Source: Alphaproteobacteria bacterium (GTDB taxonomy: Bacteria; Pseudomonadota; Alphaproteobacteria; MPNO01). From it: DNA of 64,000 nucleotides. The notes beneath the pieces are model-generated. The model was not told the DNA's origin. It searched no databases and saw only the letters and a list, made by a program, of their open reading frames with translations. Location of the stretch: the NCBI GenBank assembly GCA_964291675.2, contig OZ219865.1, forward strand, positions 896,001 through 960,000, given 5' to 3'. Positions within the stretch are counted from its first letter, which is position 1, and the number at the start of each line of letters is the position of its first letter. The position numbers and the translations under genes were made by a program. Of the stretch, positions 16,666 through 26,423 are shown one piece after another.

Positions 16666-19600
16666 GTGAGCGTATTCCGGTCAGGTCTCCGCGAAGGCGG
16701 CGGCCGGCCGCGGGCATCCGCGGTCGCGGCGGCACTCAGGCCGTCTGGTTTCGGCCCCGTGCCCCCCGGCGCCGGCTTCGCGCGCACGCTACTCGCCGCC
16801 CTGGCCCTGCTGTTCGCGGCCCCCACCGCCGCAGAGGCGCAGACAGAAATCACCCTGGTTTCGAACACCGGGGAGACGGTCAACAACTCCCGCCTCGTAG
16901 GCCGCCACAGCTCGGGGGACAAGTATTCCCTGGCACAAAGGTTCACGACAGGAGGGCACACCTCGGGCTACGTGCTGACGAGCGTGGTGGCCAGACTCGG
17001 AACGGTAAGCTCGTCCGGCAATCCGCGCGTGAGCATCTATTCGTCCACGTCGGGCGGGCCCGGCACAAGCCTCTACGTGCTGACCAATCCGGGAACCATC
17101 AATAGGGGCTTGAGAACCTTCACTGCACCTGCGAATGCACAGCTCGACCCGGGCACCAACTACTTCGTCGTGTTCGAGCAAGCGGGGTCGGGGACATCGA
17201 TCAGCCACCGTTACCTCATGCGAGACACGAATTCGAACGGCGAGACGGCGGAGAGCGGCTGGAGCATCCGCGATACGCTTGTTTTTCGGAGTACGGACAA
17301 CGGCAGCTGGAGTACGGATACCGAGTCGCTCCATATCGCCGTCAAGGGCTTCCCCCGCCCGCCCAACAACGCGGCCACCGGCAAGCCCGGGATCGACGGC
17401 ACGCCGCAGGTGGGCCAGACCCTGACCGCGACCGCGGGCAACATGGCCGACGACGACAGCCTGCCGGCGACCACCTTCCCCGCGGGCTATTCCTTCCAGT
17501 GGGTGCAGGTGGACGGGACGACCGAAACCGGGATCGGCGGGGCGACGTCGCAGACCTACGACCCCGTGCCGGGCGACGTCGGCAAGACACTCAAGGTCAA
17601 GGTCACCTTTACCGACGGCGGCGGCTACGAGGAGACCCTCACAAGCGACGAGACCGATGCCGTGGCCGCCGCCCCGCCACCCCCTGTCATCCCGACGCTG
17701 GAATCCGCCGAAGCCTTGTTCGTCAATGGTGCCCTGCGATACCGGTTCGACCTCAGGCTGTCCGAAGGCGTGAGCATCCCGTTCCGGGAGATGCGCGATC
17801 ATGCCTTCAGCGTGACCAACGGGCGCATGGTCGAGGCCATCCGCGTTCACAAGGAGCGGAGAACCGAGAACGGCCGGCGGCGGACCTACAGCAATCACTG
17901 GCGCCTGTGGGTAGCGCCGGTCGACGAGACGAAGCCCGTTACCGTCACCCTGCGCGGAAACCGGCCTTGCAGCGAGAGGGGCGCTCTATGCGCCGGGAGC
18001 GGAGCCCGGCTCGACGGCTCGCCTGCGCTGACCCTGAGCACCGATGCGAACCCGCCCGACCTCGGCAGCCTGCCGAGCCTGTTGATCGCCGACACCAGCG
18101 GCACCGAGGATTCCGCCAACCTCGTCTTCGACGTCAGCCTGTCGAAGGCCGTGAGCGCGACCATCGCGGTCGACTTCCGCACCGTCTCGGGCGGCACCGC
18201 CACCGCGAACGCCGACTACCAGGAGGCGAGCTACCGGATCCTCTTTTCGGCAGGGGCAACAGTGCAACCGGGTTCAGTTGCACTGATTGAGGATACCGCC
18301 GCCGACGCCGGCGAGACGGTGAACGTCGAGATCACCAATGCGCGGGTGATCACGCCCCGGGGGACCGAGTTCGGACCACTGTCGATCACCAGGGGGCAGG
18401 CGACGGGGACGATCGACGCGCCCGCGAGCAGCACGACCCCGTTGTCGAACGTGAACATGCGGATCGAGAACACGGAGGGGAGTGAGGGAGGCCGCTGGCT
18501 GCGCTTCACCGTCAAGCTCTCACGGGCGCTGGACGAGCATGTCTGCTACGACTTCGAGACCCTCGACACCGGCACTGCGGCCGAGGGGGTCGACTTCGCG
18601 CAGCGTCCGAAGTCGACGCTGTGGCAGCCGCCCCGGGTCACCGAGTGGACTGAATTCGTCCACGTCTTCAACGACCCGATCGACGACGGCGGGGAGACGG
18701 TGAAGGTCAAGATCAGTGACGCGGAACTGTGCGACGACGCGTCGAAGACCATCACCGTCAGCCGGGGGGAGGCGATCGGCACCATCGTCAACTCGGACCC
18801 GATACCGGCTGCGTGGCTCGCACGCTTTGGGCGCACGGTTGCGGACCAGGTGATCGATGCGGTGGAGGGCCGGATGGGGGCGGCACGGGCTCCCGGCACG
18901 GAGGTGAACCTCGCCGGCCAACGGGTCGGCGCGTCCGGGGCGCCGGAGGACTTCGAGGCGCGCGTGGCGGAGGGCGGCCTTGACACCCTGGCGGACTGGC
19001 TGCGCGGCGCGGATGAGGAGACCGGGACCGCTGCATTGACGTCCCGCACGGCGAGCGGGCGCGAGCTGTTGAGCGGGTCCTCGTTCGCGCTGGCCGCGGG
19101 CTCGGCGGAGAGCGGGTTCGGCGCGCTGTGGGGCCGCGGTGCGCTGTCGCGCTTCGACGGGCGCGAGGGGGATCTCACGCTCGACGGCGAAGTTGCGAGC
19201 GCCCTGCTGGGCGCGGACTTCACGCGAGGCCGGGGCACCGCCGGCCTGGTGGTGGCGCACTCGCTCGGCGAGGGCGGCTACCGGAGCCCGAACGGCGGCG
19301 GCGAGGTGGAAACGACGCTGACGGGTCTTTACCCCTGGGGGCGCTACGCGGCGAGCGAGCGGCTGTCGCTGTGGGGGGTTGCGGGCTACGGCGCGGGGAC
19401 GCTGACGCTGACGCCGGAGGGCCAGGCGCCGATCGAGACCGACATGGACCTCATGATGGCGGCGCTGGGCGGGCGCGGGGTTGTTGCCGAGGCGCCGGCC
19501 GAGGGCGGTCTGGAGCTTAGCGTCACGTCGGATGCGCTGGTCGTGCGCACGACGTCGGAGGAGGTGCGCGGGAGCGGCGGCAGCCTTGGGGCGCCGGAGG

Positions 19601-20349
19601 CGGACGTGACGCGTCTGCATCTGGGCCTCGAGGGGACGTGGCGCGGCCTCGGGACGCTGGTGCCGACGCTGGAGGTGGGCGCGCGCCATGACGGGGGCGA
19701 CGCGGAGACCGGGTTCGGTGCGGATATTGGGGCAAGGCTCCTTTGGGCCGATCCCTCGCTCGGGATGCGGGCGGAGCTTGCCGCGCGGAGTCTGCTGACG
19801 CACGAGGACGGGAGCCTGAGCGAGCGGGGCTTTGCGGGCTCGCTGGCCTGGGACCCCTCGTCCGACACTGACCGGGGCCCGAAGCTGACGCTGCGCCAAG
19901 CGGTCGGGGCGGAGGCGACCGGCGGCATGGACGCGCTGCTGCGGCGGGACACGGCGCGCACGCTCGCCGCGGCGAACGACGACGGGCCGGATCGGCGCCG
20001 TCTGGAGGCGCGTCTGGGCTACGGCATCGCCCTGTTCGGCGGGGGCTGGACGGGGTTGCCGGAGGTCGGGTTCGGTCTCACGGAGGCGAGCCGCGAGTAT
20101 ATCCACGCCTGGCGTCTGCTGGAGGCGCGCGACGCGGGGCTGGTGTTCGGGCTCGACGTGGAAGGGGTGCGGAACGAGAAGCTGGACGGGGATGCGGCGC
20201 CCGAGCACCGGGTGGGGCTCGGTCTCGGCTGGGAGCTGGTTGGCGCGCGGCGCGAGGACCTCGAGCTGCGCCTCGAGGCCTCGCGGCTGCTGCCGGCCAA
20301 CGACAACCCCGAGAACCGCATCGGGGTCAGGCTCACCGCGCGATGGTGA
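16666..20349 (+). CDS. Large surface adhesin/autotransporter (signal peptide, beta-sandwich and Calx-beta domains, C-terminal beta-barrel)
   Basis: AAGGAAGG then GTG; LLAALALLFAAPTAAEA-Q; two Calx-beta-like units; AWLARFGRTVADQV linker; RHDGGDAETGFG; terminal W. Confidence 0.8.
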   Translation: MSVFRSGLREGGGRPRASAVAAALRPSGFGPVPPGAGFARTLLAALALLFAAPTAAEAQTEITLVSNTGETVNNSRLVGRHSSGDKYSLAQRFTTGGHTSGYVLTSVVARLGTVSSSGNPRVSIYSSTSGGPGTSLYVLTNPGTINRGLRTFTAPANAQLDPGTNYFVVFEQAGSGTSISHRYLMRDTNSNGETAESGWSIRDTLVFRSTDNGSWSTDTESLHIAVKGFPRPPNNAATGKPGIDGTPQVGQTLTATAGNMADDDSLPATTFPAGYSFQWVQVDGTTETGIGGATSQTYDPVPGDVGKTLKVKVTFTDGGGYEETLTSDETDAVAAAPPPPVIPTLESAEALFVNGALRYRFDLRLSEGVSIPFREMRDHAFSVTNGRMVEAIRVHKERRTENGRRRTYSNHWRLWVAPVDETKPVTVTLRGNRPCSERGALCAGSGARLDGSPALTLSTDANPPDLGSLPSLLIADTSGTEDSANLVFDVSLSKAVSATIAVDFRTVSGGTATANADYQEASYRILFSAGATVQPGSVALIEDTAADAGETVNVEITNARVITPRGTEFGPLSITRGQATGTIDAPASSTTPLSNVNMRIENTEGSEGGRWLRFTVKLSRALDEHVCYDFETLDTGTAAEGVDFAQRPKSTLWQPPRVTEWTEFVHVFNDPIDDGGETVKVKISDAELCDDASKTITVSRGEAIGTIVNSDPIPAAWLARFGRTVADQVIDAVEGRMGAARAPGTEVNLAGQRVGASGAPEDFEARVAEGGLDTLADWLRGADEETGTAALTSRTASGRELLSGSSFALAAGSAESGFGALWGRGALSRFDGREGDLTLDGEVASALLGADFTRGRGTAGLVVAHSLGEGGYRSPNGGGEVETTLTGLYPWGRYAASERLSLWGVAGYGAGTLTLTPEGQAPIETDMDLMMAALGGRGVVAEAPAEGGLELSVTSDALVVRTTSEEVRGSGGSLGAPEADVTRLHLGLEGTWRGLGTLVPTLEVGARHDGGDAETGFGADIGARLLWADPSLGMRAELAARSLLTHEDGSLSERGFAGSLAWDPSSDTDRGPKLTLRQAVGAEATGGMDALLRRDTARTLAAANDDGPDRRRLEARLGYGIALFGGGWTGLPEVGFGLTEASREYIHAWRLLEARDAGLVFGLDVEGVRNEKLDGDAAPEHRVGLGLGWELVGARREDLELRLEASRLLPANDNPENRIGVRLTARW

Positions 20350-20424
20350 ATGTCAGGCAGGACCCGGCGATGGACAGCCGGTGGTAGTCCGGCGGGAGGA
20401 AAGGCGTAAGGAACTGCCTTCGCC

Positions 20425-20486
20425 GCGAGCCTTCGAGCCGGCGATCGTTTCGAAGGGCGAGCGCCGCCTCGACGGCTTCGACGAGG
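20425..20486 (+). pseudogene. IS256-family transposase fragment (intron insertion site)
   Basis: SFEPAIVSKGERRLDGFDE. Confidence 0.6.
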
Positions 20487-22401
20487 GTCGCGGTAGGGAC
20501 GCCGGTTTCCCGGCGCCCCCCGCACAGATCCGGACGTGGCCGTTAAGCCATCCGGCTCCTACCTCGGGTATTTGACGTCGAACCGCTGCCCCGGCCACGG
20601 GTGTCGGATCCATGGCTTGGGCCAGTATCGGTCAACCAGGGCTTGCAGCCGTTGCCAGCTGAAGCGATCCCGTTGCGACCGTCGGCGCAGCGCCTTCAGC
20701 CATATCCGTTTCAGGATGTAGGTGAAGCTTCGCAGGAAGCGGGCACTCGTCGGGACGGCGTAGTAGTTCAGCCATCCGTTGACTACCCGCCCCAGCCACC
20801 GGGCGACCTCGTGGAGGTCGTGGTGCCTGCGCCGCCGCAGAACCTCCGCGATGCGCTTCAGGGTGCGGCTCATCCGCTTTGCAACGGGCTTGCGTCCGAG
20901 CCCGAACTGCCCGCTCCTGGTCGTCCTGCAATAGTGCGTGAAGCCCAGGAAGTCGAACGTCTCCGGGCGGCCCAGCCCCCGTGCCCGGCGGTCCACTTCC
21001 GCGAACCTGCCGAACTCGATGAGCCGGGTCTTGGCCGGATGCAGGGCCAGATCGAACTGGCCGAGCCGTTCCCCAAGCGCATGCAGGAAGCGTTCCGCGT
21101 CCCTCTTGCGCTGGAAGCCGACGACCACATCATCGGCGTAGCGTACGATGATGGCATCGCCATCTGCCCTTTCGGGCCGCCACTTGCGATGGAACCAGAG
21201 GTCGAGGACATAGTGCAGATACACGTTCGCCAGCGTGGCTGAGACGATCGCCCCTTGCGGCGTGCCCTGCTGCGTGTCCTCCCACCGGCCATCGACCATG
21301 ACGCCGGCTTTCAGCCACTTGGCGATCAGCCGGATCACCCGCCGATCCCCGATCCGGTGCTCAAGGAACCGGACGAGCCAGTCCCGCGAAACAGAATCGA
21401 AAAACCTTTGGATGTCGCAGTCGACCACCCAGTTGACCTTCCGCCGATTGATGGCGACAGCAAGCGCGTCGAGTGCGTCATGCGCCCCGCGCCCCGGTCG
21501 GAACCCGTAGCTGAAGCCGAGGAAGACCGGCTCGTAGATCGGCGTCAGGATGATCTCCGTCACCGCCTTCTGGACGATCTTGTCCTCCAGCGCGGCGACG
21601 CCGAGCGGTCGTGTCCCGCCATCCGGCTTGGGTATCTCTACCCGCCGGACCGGCGGCGCCCGATACGCCCCGGACTGTACGCGCCGGTGCAGGTCGAGCA
21701 GCCGCTCTTCCAGCCCGTTCGCGTACTCGGCCCATGTCATGCCGTCCACCCCCGCCGCGGCGTCCCGCTTCAGCGCGTGGAAGGCCCAGCGCAGCGCGTC
21801 CGGCGTGACATGATGCAGGAGCGCCGTCAGTTTCTCCTGCGGTTTCCTCGTTGCAGCTTGACGTATCCGCTCGGCGGCCTGGGTCACGCTTTCCCGGCTC
21901 TGCGTCCGGCGCGTGCTTTCGCTTCGCGGATTCCCCTTGGTCGAGGCCCTTTCCTCCACGGACTCCGCAGAGGCTCGCGCCCCGTTGTTCGCCCGCTTCG
22001 ACGGTACTATGGCCCCGTCCGACTTCTTCACTCCGTTCATCTCAGGCTTCGGATACCTCCTTCCCTTCGCGGCCCCGATACGACCATCGGGGCAGTGTGA
22101 AGACCTCCCAGGTCCCGGTGGTGGGCTTACATGCGTGCATGGGGTCCCCGACGCCGCGAAGCTCCCCCACACCTCGCCATATTGCGGTGTGGACGATGTT
22201 GCCTTCGACGAGCTTAAACGTCTCGGCACTTCGGACCATCTCGTTTTCGGCGCTCAATATCCCTGCCCGCATGCACCGCTACCGACGCTTCACCCCCGGC
22301 CTCACGGCCGACGATGCACGGCTCGCGGAGAAACGTGGTTGGCTACTCCTTTCGTTTCGCGGGACTTTCACCCGCTACCCTTCCACCAGTTAGCCTGGCA
22401 C
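20487..22401 (-). mobile_element. Group II intron (bacterial, probably class E-like)
   Basis: 5' GTGCCAGG at 22401, GGTGAAAGTCC; domain V GAGCCGGATGG...CGTCCGGATC at about 20557-20526; domain VI ending CCCTACCGCGAC. Confidence 0.85.
20559..22040 (-). CDS. ltrA: Group II intron reverse transcriptase/maturase lacking an endonuclease domain
   Basis: AAGVDG, IPKPDGGTRPLG, SYGFRPGR, GTPQG, RYADD, FDFLGF, GWLNYY. Confidence 0.92.
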   Translation of the reverse strand: MNGVKKSDGAIVPSKRANNGARASAESVEERASTKGNPRSESTRRTQSRESVTQAAERIRQAATRKPQEKLTALLHHVTPDALRWAFHALKRDAAAGVDGMTWAEYANGLEERLLDLHRRVQSGAYRAPPVRRVEIPKPDGGTRPLGVAALEDKIVQKAVTEIILTPIYEPVFLGFSYGFRPGRGAHDALDALAVAINRRKVNWVVDCDIQRFFDSVSRDWLVRFLEHRIGDRRVIRLIAKWLKAGVMVDGRWEDTQQGTPQGAIVSATLANVYLHYVLDLWFHRKWRPERADGDAIIVRYADDVVVGFQRKRDAERFLHALGERLGQFDLALHPAKTRLIEFGRFAEVDRRARGLGRPETFDFLGFTHYCRTTRSGQFGLGRKPVAKRMSRTLKRIAEVLRRRRHHDLHEVARWLGRVVNGWLNYYAVPTSARFLRSFTYILKRIWLKALRRRSQRDRFSWQRLQALVDRYWPKPWIRHPWPGQRFDVKYPR

Positions 22402-22477
22402 TCTAAGCCTCCGGCATAGGCCGCCCGTCGTCTTTGTCCTGGATCGGTGAGGGTTCTCGCTCTGGGATGGGCGCGCT

Positions 22478-22532
22478 GTAGGTGTCCATCAAGGATAAGT
22501 GGGCACTATGCTGTTGGTGGCACCCGTAAGTC
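22478..22532 (+). mobile_element. Orphan IS66 left end
   Basis: GTAGGTGTCCATCAAGGATAAGTGGGCACTAT resembles the window start AGTGTCCATTATCGGCTAATGGACACTAT. Confidence 0.55.
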
Positions 22533-23835
22533 GTAAGCGGTGCGGGAAGGGCACCCGGTTTTCAGCTTGACGGCGGGATGAAGTTCCAGGGGAGAAGTTC
22601 GTCGATGCGGCTGTTGGGGTGGCCGGAGGCGATTTTCCCCAGCGTGTCCTTGAGCCAGGCATAGGGCTCGACGCCGTTCATCTTGCAGGTCTCGATCAGG
22701 CTGGCGATGCGGCCCCATGCGCGCGCGCCCTCGTCGTGGCCGGCGAACAGCGCATTTTTCGCGGTGAGCTTGATCGGGCGGATTCGATTTTCGACGAAGT
22801 TGCTGCCCATCTCGACGCGCCCGTCGTGCAGGAAGACCAGCAACCCGTCCCACTGGTTGGCGATATAGGCGAGCTTCTCGCCGAGCCGGGACTTGGGCGA
22901 GACGAGCGAGCGCTGCACGGCGAACCACAGGCCGAAGGCGTTCACCAGCGGCGCGGTCTCGGTCCAGCGGACGAACTGGCGCGTCGCCGGCGGCTCGCCC
23001 CGGATCTTCTTCTCGATGGCATAGAGCTGCGCGATGCGGTCCAGTCCGGCCTTCGCGATCGGCGAGCCGTTGCTGTCGAACACCGTCTCCAGGCCCCGCC
23101 TGGCATGGACCCAGCATGCCGCCAGCGTCAGCGCTCCCCCCGGCCGCTCCGGCCGGCCGAGCCGGTTGTGGCCGGCATAGCCGTCGACCTGCACCGTTCC
23201 CCTGAAGCCCTGGAGAAGCCTCTCGCCATGCTTGCCGCTGCGCCCGGGCGCATATTCATACTCCACGCCCGGCGGGTCCGCCCCGGACCAGGCCCGCTCG
23301 TCGCGCGCCATCGTCCACAGGTAGCCGGTTTTGGTCTTGCCCCGGCCCGGGTCGAGAACCCGGACCGTGGTCTCGTCCAGATCCAGATTGTTCGACGTCT
23401 TCAGCGCCGCCTTCAGGCGGTCATACACGGGGCCGAGGTGGAACGCCGCCTTGCCGACCCAGCCGGCCAGCGTCGAGCGGTCCAGCTCCAGACCCGAGCG
23501 CGCATATATCCGGCTCTGGCGATAGAGCGGGGTATGGTCAGCGTATTTCGAGACCGGGACATGGGCGATGGCGCCCTCGGTCGGCAGCGCACCCTCGATC
23601 AGCCGGACCGGCGCCGGCGCCTGGGTGACGCCCTCTTCGCAGGTCCGGCAGGCGTATTTCGGGCGCACCGTGACGATCACCCGCAGCTGCGCCGGCACGA
23701 TGTCCAGACGCTCGCTGCGATCCTCGCCGATCCGCACCATCTCCCCGCAGCCGCAGGGGCAGAGCGTGCTCTCCGGCTCGATCACCTGCTCGATTCGGGG
23801 CAGGTGTTCCGGCAAATGGCCGAGATTGCGCGCCG
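22533..23835 (-). pseudogene. tnpC: 5'-truncated IS66 (IRR at 22533; tnpC 22562 to about 23835)
   Basis: GTAAGCGG end; LPEHLPRIE, CPCGCG, LDETT, QVDGY, NFVEN, LLPWN; no tnpA, tnpB or N-terminus. Confidence 0.85.
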
Positions 23836-26423
23836 GGCTCCTACACCACGTCTGGGGACACGACCGGCACATGGCGTCGAAACGTCATTCTGGTGCGTTG
23901 GGGGCAATGTTCACGCCGTCCTGGGTAGCAACTCGGTGAAGCGGTATCCGACCGACAGGAAATTGTCCCAAACCCATTGACCCACAACCATCCGGACGGG
24001 CGTGTCGAGACCGGTCCGACGGTGGCACCGGGGCGCCGCGTCGGAACCACCGCTCCCGGAGGAGCTAGCCCGCATTTTGGATTTCGACAACTTTGCTAAG
24101 TTCCATAGTGCGTTGTAATAATGCGGTAAATCACCTCCATTTCAGAGCCCTGGAACGCGTACTGCAGGACCGGTCATCAAACCGAATTCGATGTTTTTCA
24201 GTGTGCGGATGATCGCGGGCTCCAAGTGGCGGCGGATGACCATTCTTGCACATGCCGGGATTGTGTCCCCAGACGCGGTGGGCGATTTGCGGCATCCCCT
24301 GGGAGAGCGTCGGCGGCGCGATGGCGAGCCAAGCGCCGGCGGCCAGCGCCGCCCCCAGCGCCCGCCGGCCGCGCGTTTTTGCCCCTGGCCAAGCGACACG
24401 GCCCCCGGCTGGTTGAACGGACTCTCGATGCGACTTCAGGTGGCGTCCCTGTGATGCGCGGCGGATTGGCGCAGCGCCGCGGCGGGCCCGGCCGCTCAGA
24501 ACCGCACGTTCAGCCGTATGCCGAAGCTGTGCTCGGGCGGCTCGTCGTCGTTGGCGGGCTCTCGCCGCCTGCCCTCGATGCCGAGCTCGAAGGCGCCGCC
24601 GCTTCCGGTCGGGCCGCCGGTGAGCCGCCAGCCGAGGCTGTAGTCGCGGCCCGAGTCGGAGAACCCGGCGCCGGCCTCCGGCGTCAGGGTGAAGCGGTCG
24701 TCGAACACGGTGAGCCCGTAGCCGAGCTTGACCTCGAAGCGGCGGCTCCTGAGCTCGTCGCCCGGGTCGGCGGCGAGGCCGTCGAGCGTCGCCCGCGCGA
24801 GCAGCGCATCGGCGCCGCCGGCGGACGCGCCGCCGATGGTCTGGGTGAGCGACAGCGTCGCGCCGCGGTCCGAGCCCGGGCGCTGGTGCCAGGAGAGCGC
24901 GCCCGAGAAGCCGCGCTCGCGGAAGCCGCGCGATTCGTGGCTCAGCAGCCCGCGCCCCCGGATCTCGGCCTGCAGTCCGGCCTCCGGGGCGGACAGCGCG
25001 AGCCCGCCGCCGAGGTCGAGCCCGAACCCGGTCTCGGCGTCGCCGCCGTCGTGGCGCAGGCCGGTCTCCAGCGAGGGGGTGAACACCGCGCCGCCGCCGA
25101 GCATGAACGGCCGGCTCGCCTCGACCCCGAGGCGCAGCCGGGTGGTCGTCGCCCGGGCCGGTTCGAGGTTGCCGCCGTTCGCGCCCCGCCCGCGCCCGGA
25201 GGCGGTCTCGACCGCCAGCGCGTCGGTCTTGCCCGTCAGGGTGAGGTCCTCGCCCTCCAGCAGCGTGCCGCGCAGCCCGCCCGCCGCGATCTTCAGGTCA
25301 AGATCGGCGCGGATCGGCGCGCCTGCCCCGGACCCCGATTCGGGGCCTGCCTCGTCCGTGCTCGGGCGGCCCGGCGTGACCGTGAGCTTGCCCTGGCCGT
25401 AGCCGGCTGCGCCCCAGGCCTCCAGCCGCTCGGTGAGCGCGTGGCGCGCCCAGGGGAACGCGCCGGTCAGCTCGGCCTCCACCGTGCCGCCGGAGGCCGG
25501 CGCGTCGCCGTCCGATCCGGCATCCGCGGGCGCGCCGGACCAGCCACCCTCGGCGGTGCTGCGCGCGAGGATCAGCCCGGCGGTCCAGCGCCGGCGCATC
25601 CATTCCGCGCCCAGCATGCCGGTCACCAGCTCGCCGTCCAGCGTCAGCTCGCCCTCGCGCCCGTCGAAGCGCGACGACGCCGCCCGGCCCCACAGCGTGA
25701 CCAGGCCGCTTCCCGACGTGCCGCCGGTCAGCGCGAAGGACGAGCCGGTCAGCAGCTCGCGCAGCGCCACCGCGCGGCCCGATCCGGGGCCTGCCCCGGA
25801 CGCCGCTAGCGGATCGTCCGGATCGCCCGTCCCGGACCCCGATCCGGGGTCCTCGCCCTTGAACCAGGCGGCGAGGGCGGCGGCCTTCTGCCGTGCCTCT
25901 TCCTCGCGCATTGCCGCGTCGTTCAGTGCCTGGCCGCCGATCCGCTCGCCGGCGAGCGCCACCTCGGCGCCGGGGGCGGGGGTGGCGCGCAGCCGGCCCT
26001 GGATCGCCTCCAGCACCTGGTCGGCCACCGCGCGTCCGAAGCGCGCGAGCCACGCCCTGGGGATCGGGTCGCTGTTGAAGATCGTGCCAACGCCCTCGGC
26101 GTCGGAGATCGCCGCGCCGGCGGCGTTGGACAGCGCCAGCGCCATGGTCTCGCTGCCCTCGTCGTGGTCGTCGGGCAGCACGCGGACCAGGATCTCCTTG
26201 TAGCGCTCGCCGGGCTGGAAGGTGAGCGTGCCGGACGCCGCGACATAGTCGTCCCCGGCCACCGCCGTGATGTCGCGCGTCGCGTAGTCCACCGTCACGG
26301 CGCTCCCGGCGGCCTCGCTCAGCACCACGTTGTCCGACAGAGTGGAGCCGGGGATGTCATTCGGCGACGACAGTGCAGAGTATCCGTAAGCTCCGGGGCT
26401 GCCGCTAATTTGAATCGACGCAG

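Noticed and set aside
20559-22040. Reverse transcriptase as a DGR or retron diversifying the flanking adhesins
   Set aside because: It has group II intron RT motifs, a maturase region and ribozyme domains V/VI; no TR/VR pair or accessory gene was seen.
24290-24360. Possible LysR HTH remnant (LAIAPPTLSQ)
   Set aside because: Too short and degenerate to support.
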